The position numbers and the translations under genes are program-made. Positions 63,686 through 64,000 of a DNA stretch of 64,000 nt are shown in pieces (the stretch's first letter is position 1; every line of letters begins with the position of its first letter). Under the pieces are notes generated by a model, which was given only the letters and a program-made list of their open reading frames with translations, was not told where the DNA came from and ran no database searches. This DNA comes from Macrostomum lignano (Eukaryota), in the NCBI GenBank assembly GCA_002269645.1, contig NIVC01000305.1:248001-312000 (forward strand). The letters run 5' to 3'.

Positions 63686-64000
63686 CCCCAGATCATCAGT
63701 TGCTGGGCTGTCAGCCTCCCAGATCCTCAGTTGCTGGGCCAGCCTCCCAGATCCTCAGTTGCTGGGCCAGCCTCCCAGATCCTCAGTTGCTGGGCTGCCA
63801 GCCTCCCAGATCCTCAGTTGCTGGGCTGCCAGCCTCCCAGATCCTCAGTTGCTGGGCTGCCAGCCTCCCAGATCCTCAGTTGCTGGGCTGCCAGCCTCCC
63901 AGATCCTCAGTTGCTGGGCTGCCAGCCTCCCCGATCCTCAGTTGCTGGGCCACAGCCTCCCAGATCCTCAGTTACTGGGCCAGCCTCCCAGATCCTCAGT
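63686..64000. repeat. 28-32-bp minisatellite, same family as 59357-59667
   Basis: gcctcccagatcctcagttgctggg(ctg)cca tandem running off the window end. Confidence 0.9.

Overview
Animal genomic DNA (spliceosomal introns, an F-box/LRR gene, an NDUFV3-like gene). The composition and element types resemble a flatworm such as Macrostomum, which is inference only. Bases 1 to ~54 kb are a deeply nested transposon pile. It contains five copies of a ~1 kb TG...CA LTR-like family, an RTE-like LINE fragment, a TIR element carrying a 167-bp satellite and a piggyBac remnant. It also contains a degraded Gypsy pol split by a full-length LOA/I-group LINE, a P-like transposase fragment, a young ~10 kb Gypsy element, an LTR element whose interior is replaced by a CACTA/EnSpm transposon, a solo LTR, a Harbinger-like MITE, and a MULE carrying mariner and CMC insertions. 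From ~57 kb to the end are three + strand host genes (F-box/LRR, NDUFV3-like, PX-domain) separated by minisatellites. Two observations stand out. (1) The young Gypsy Gag-Pol carries what looks like a cold-shock (CSD/OB) domain directly after its CCHC zinc knuckle. (2) The five LTR-like copies share a ~350-nt core with conserved stems, variable loops and a compensatory pair, including a twister-ribozyme-like pseudoknot segment, which points to an unannotated structured RNA or ssDNA. No database searches or folding programs were run; family assignments rest on motifs recognised by eye.
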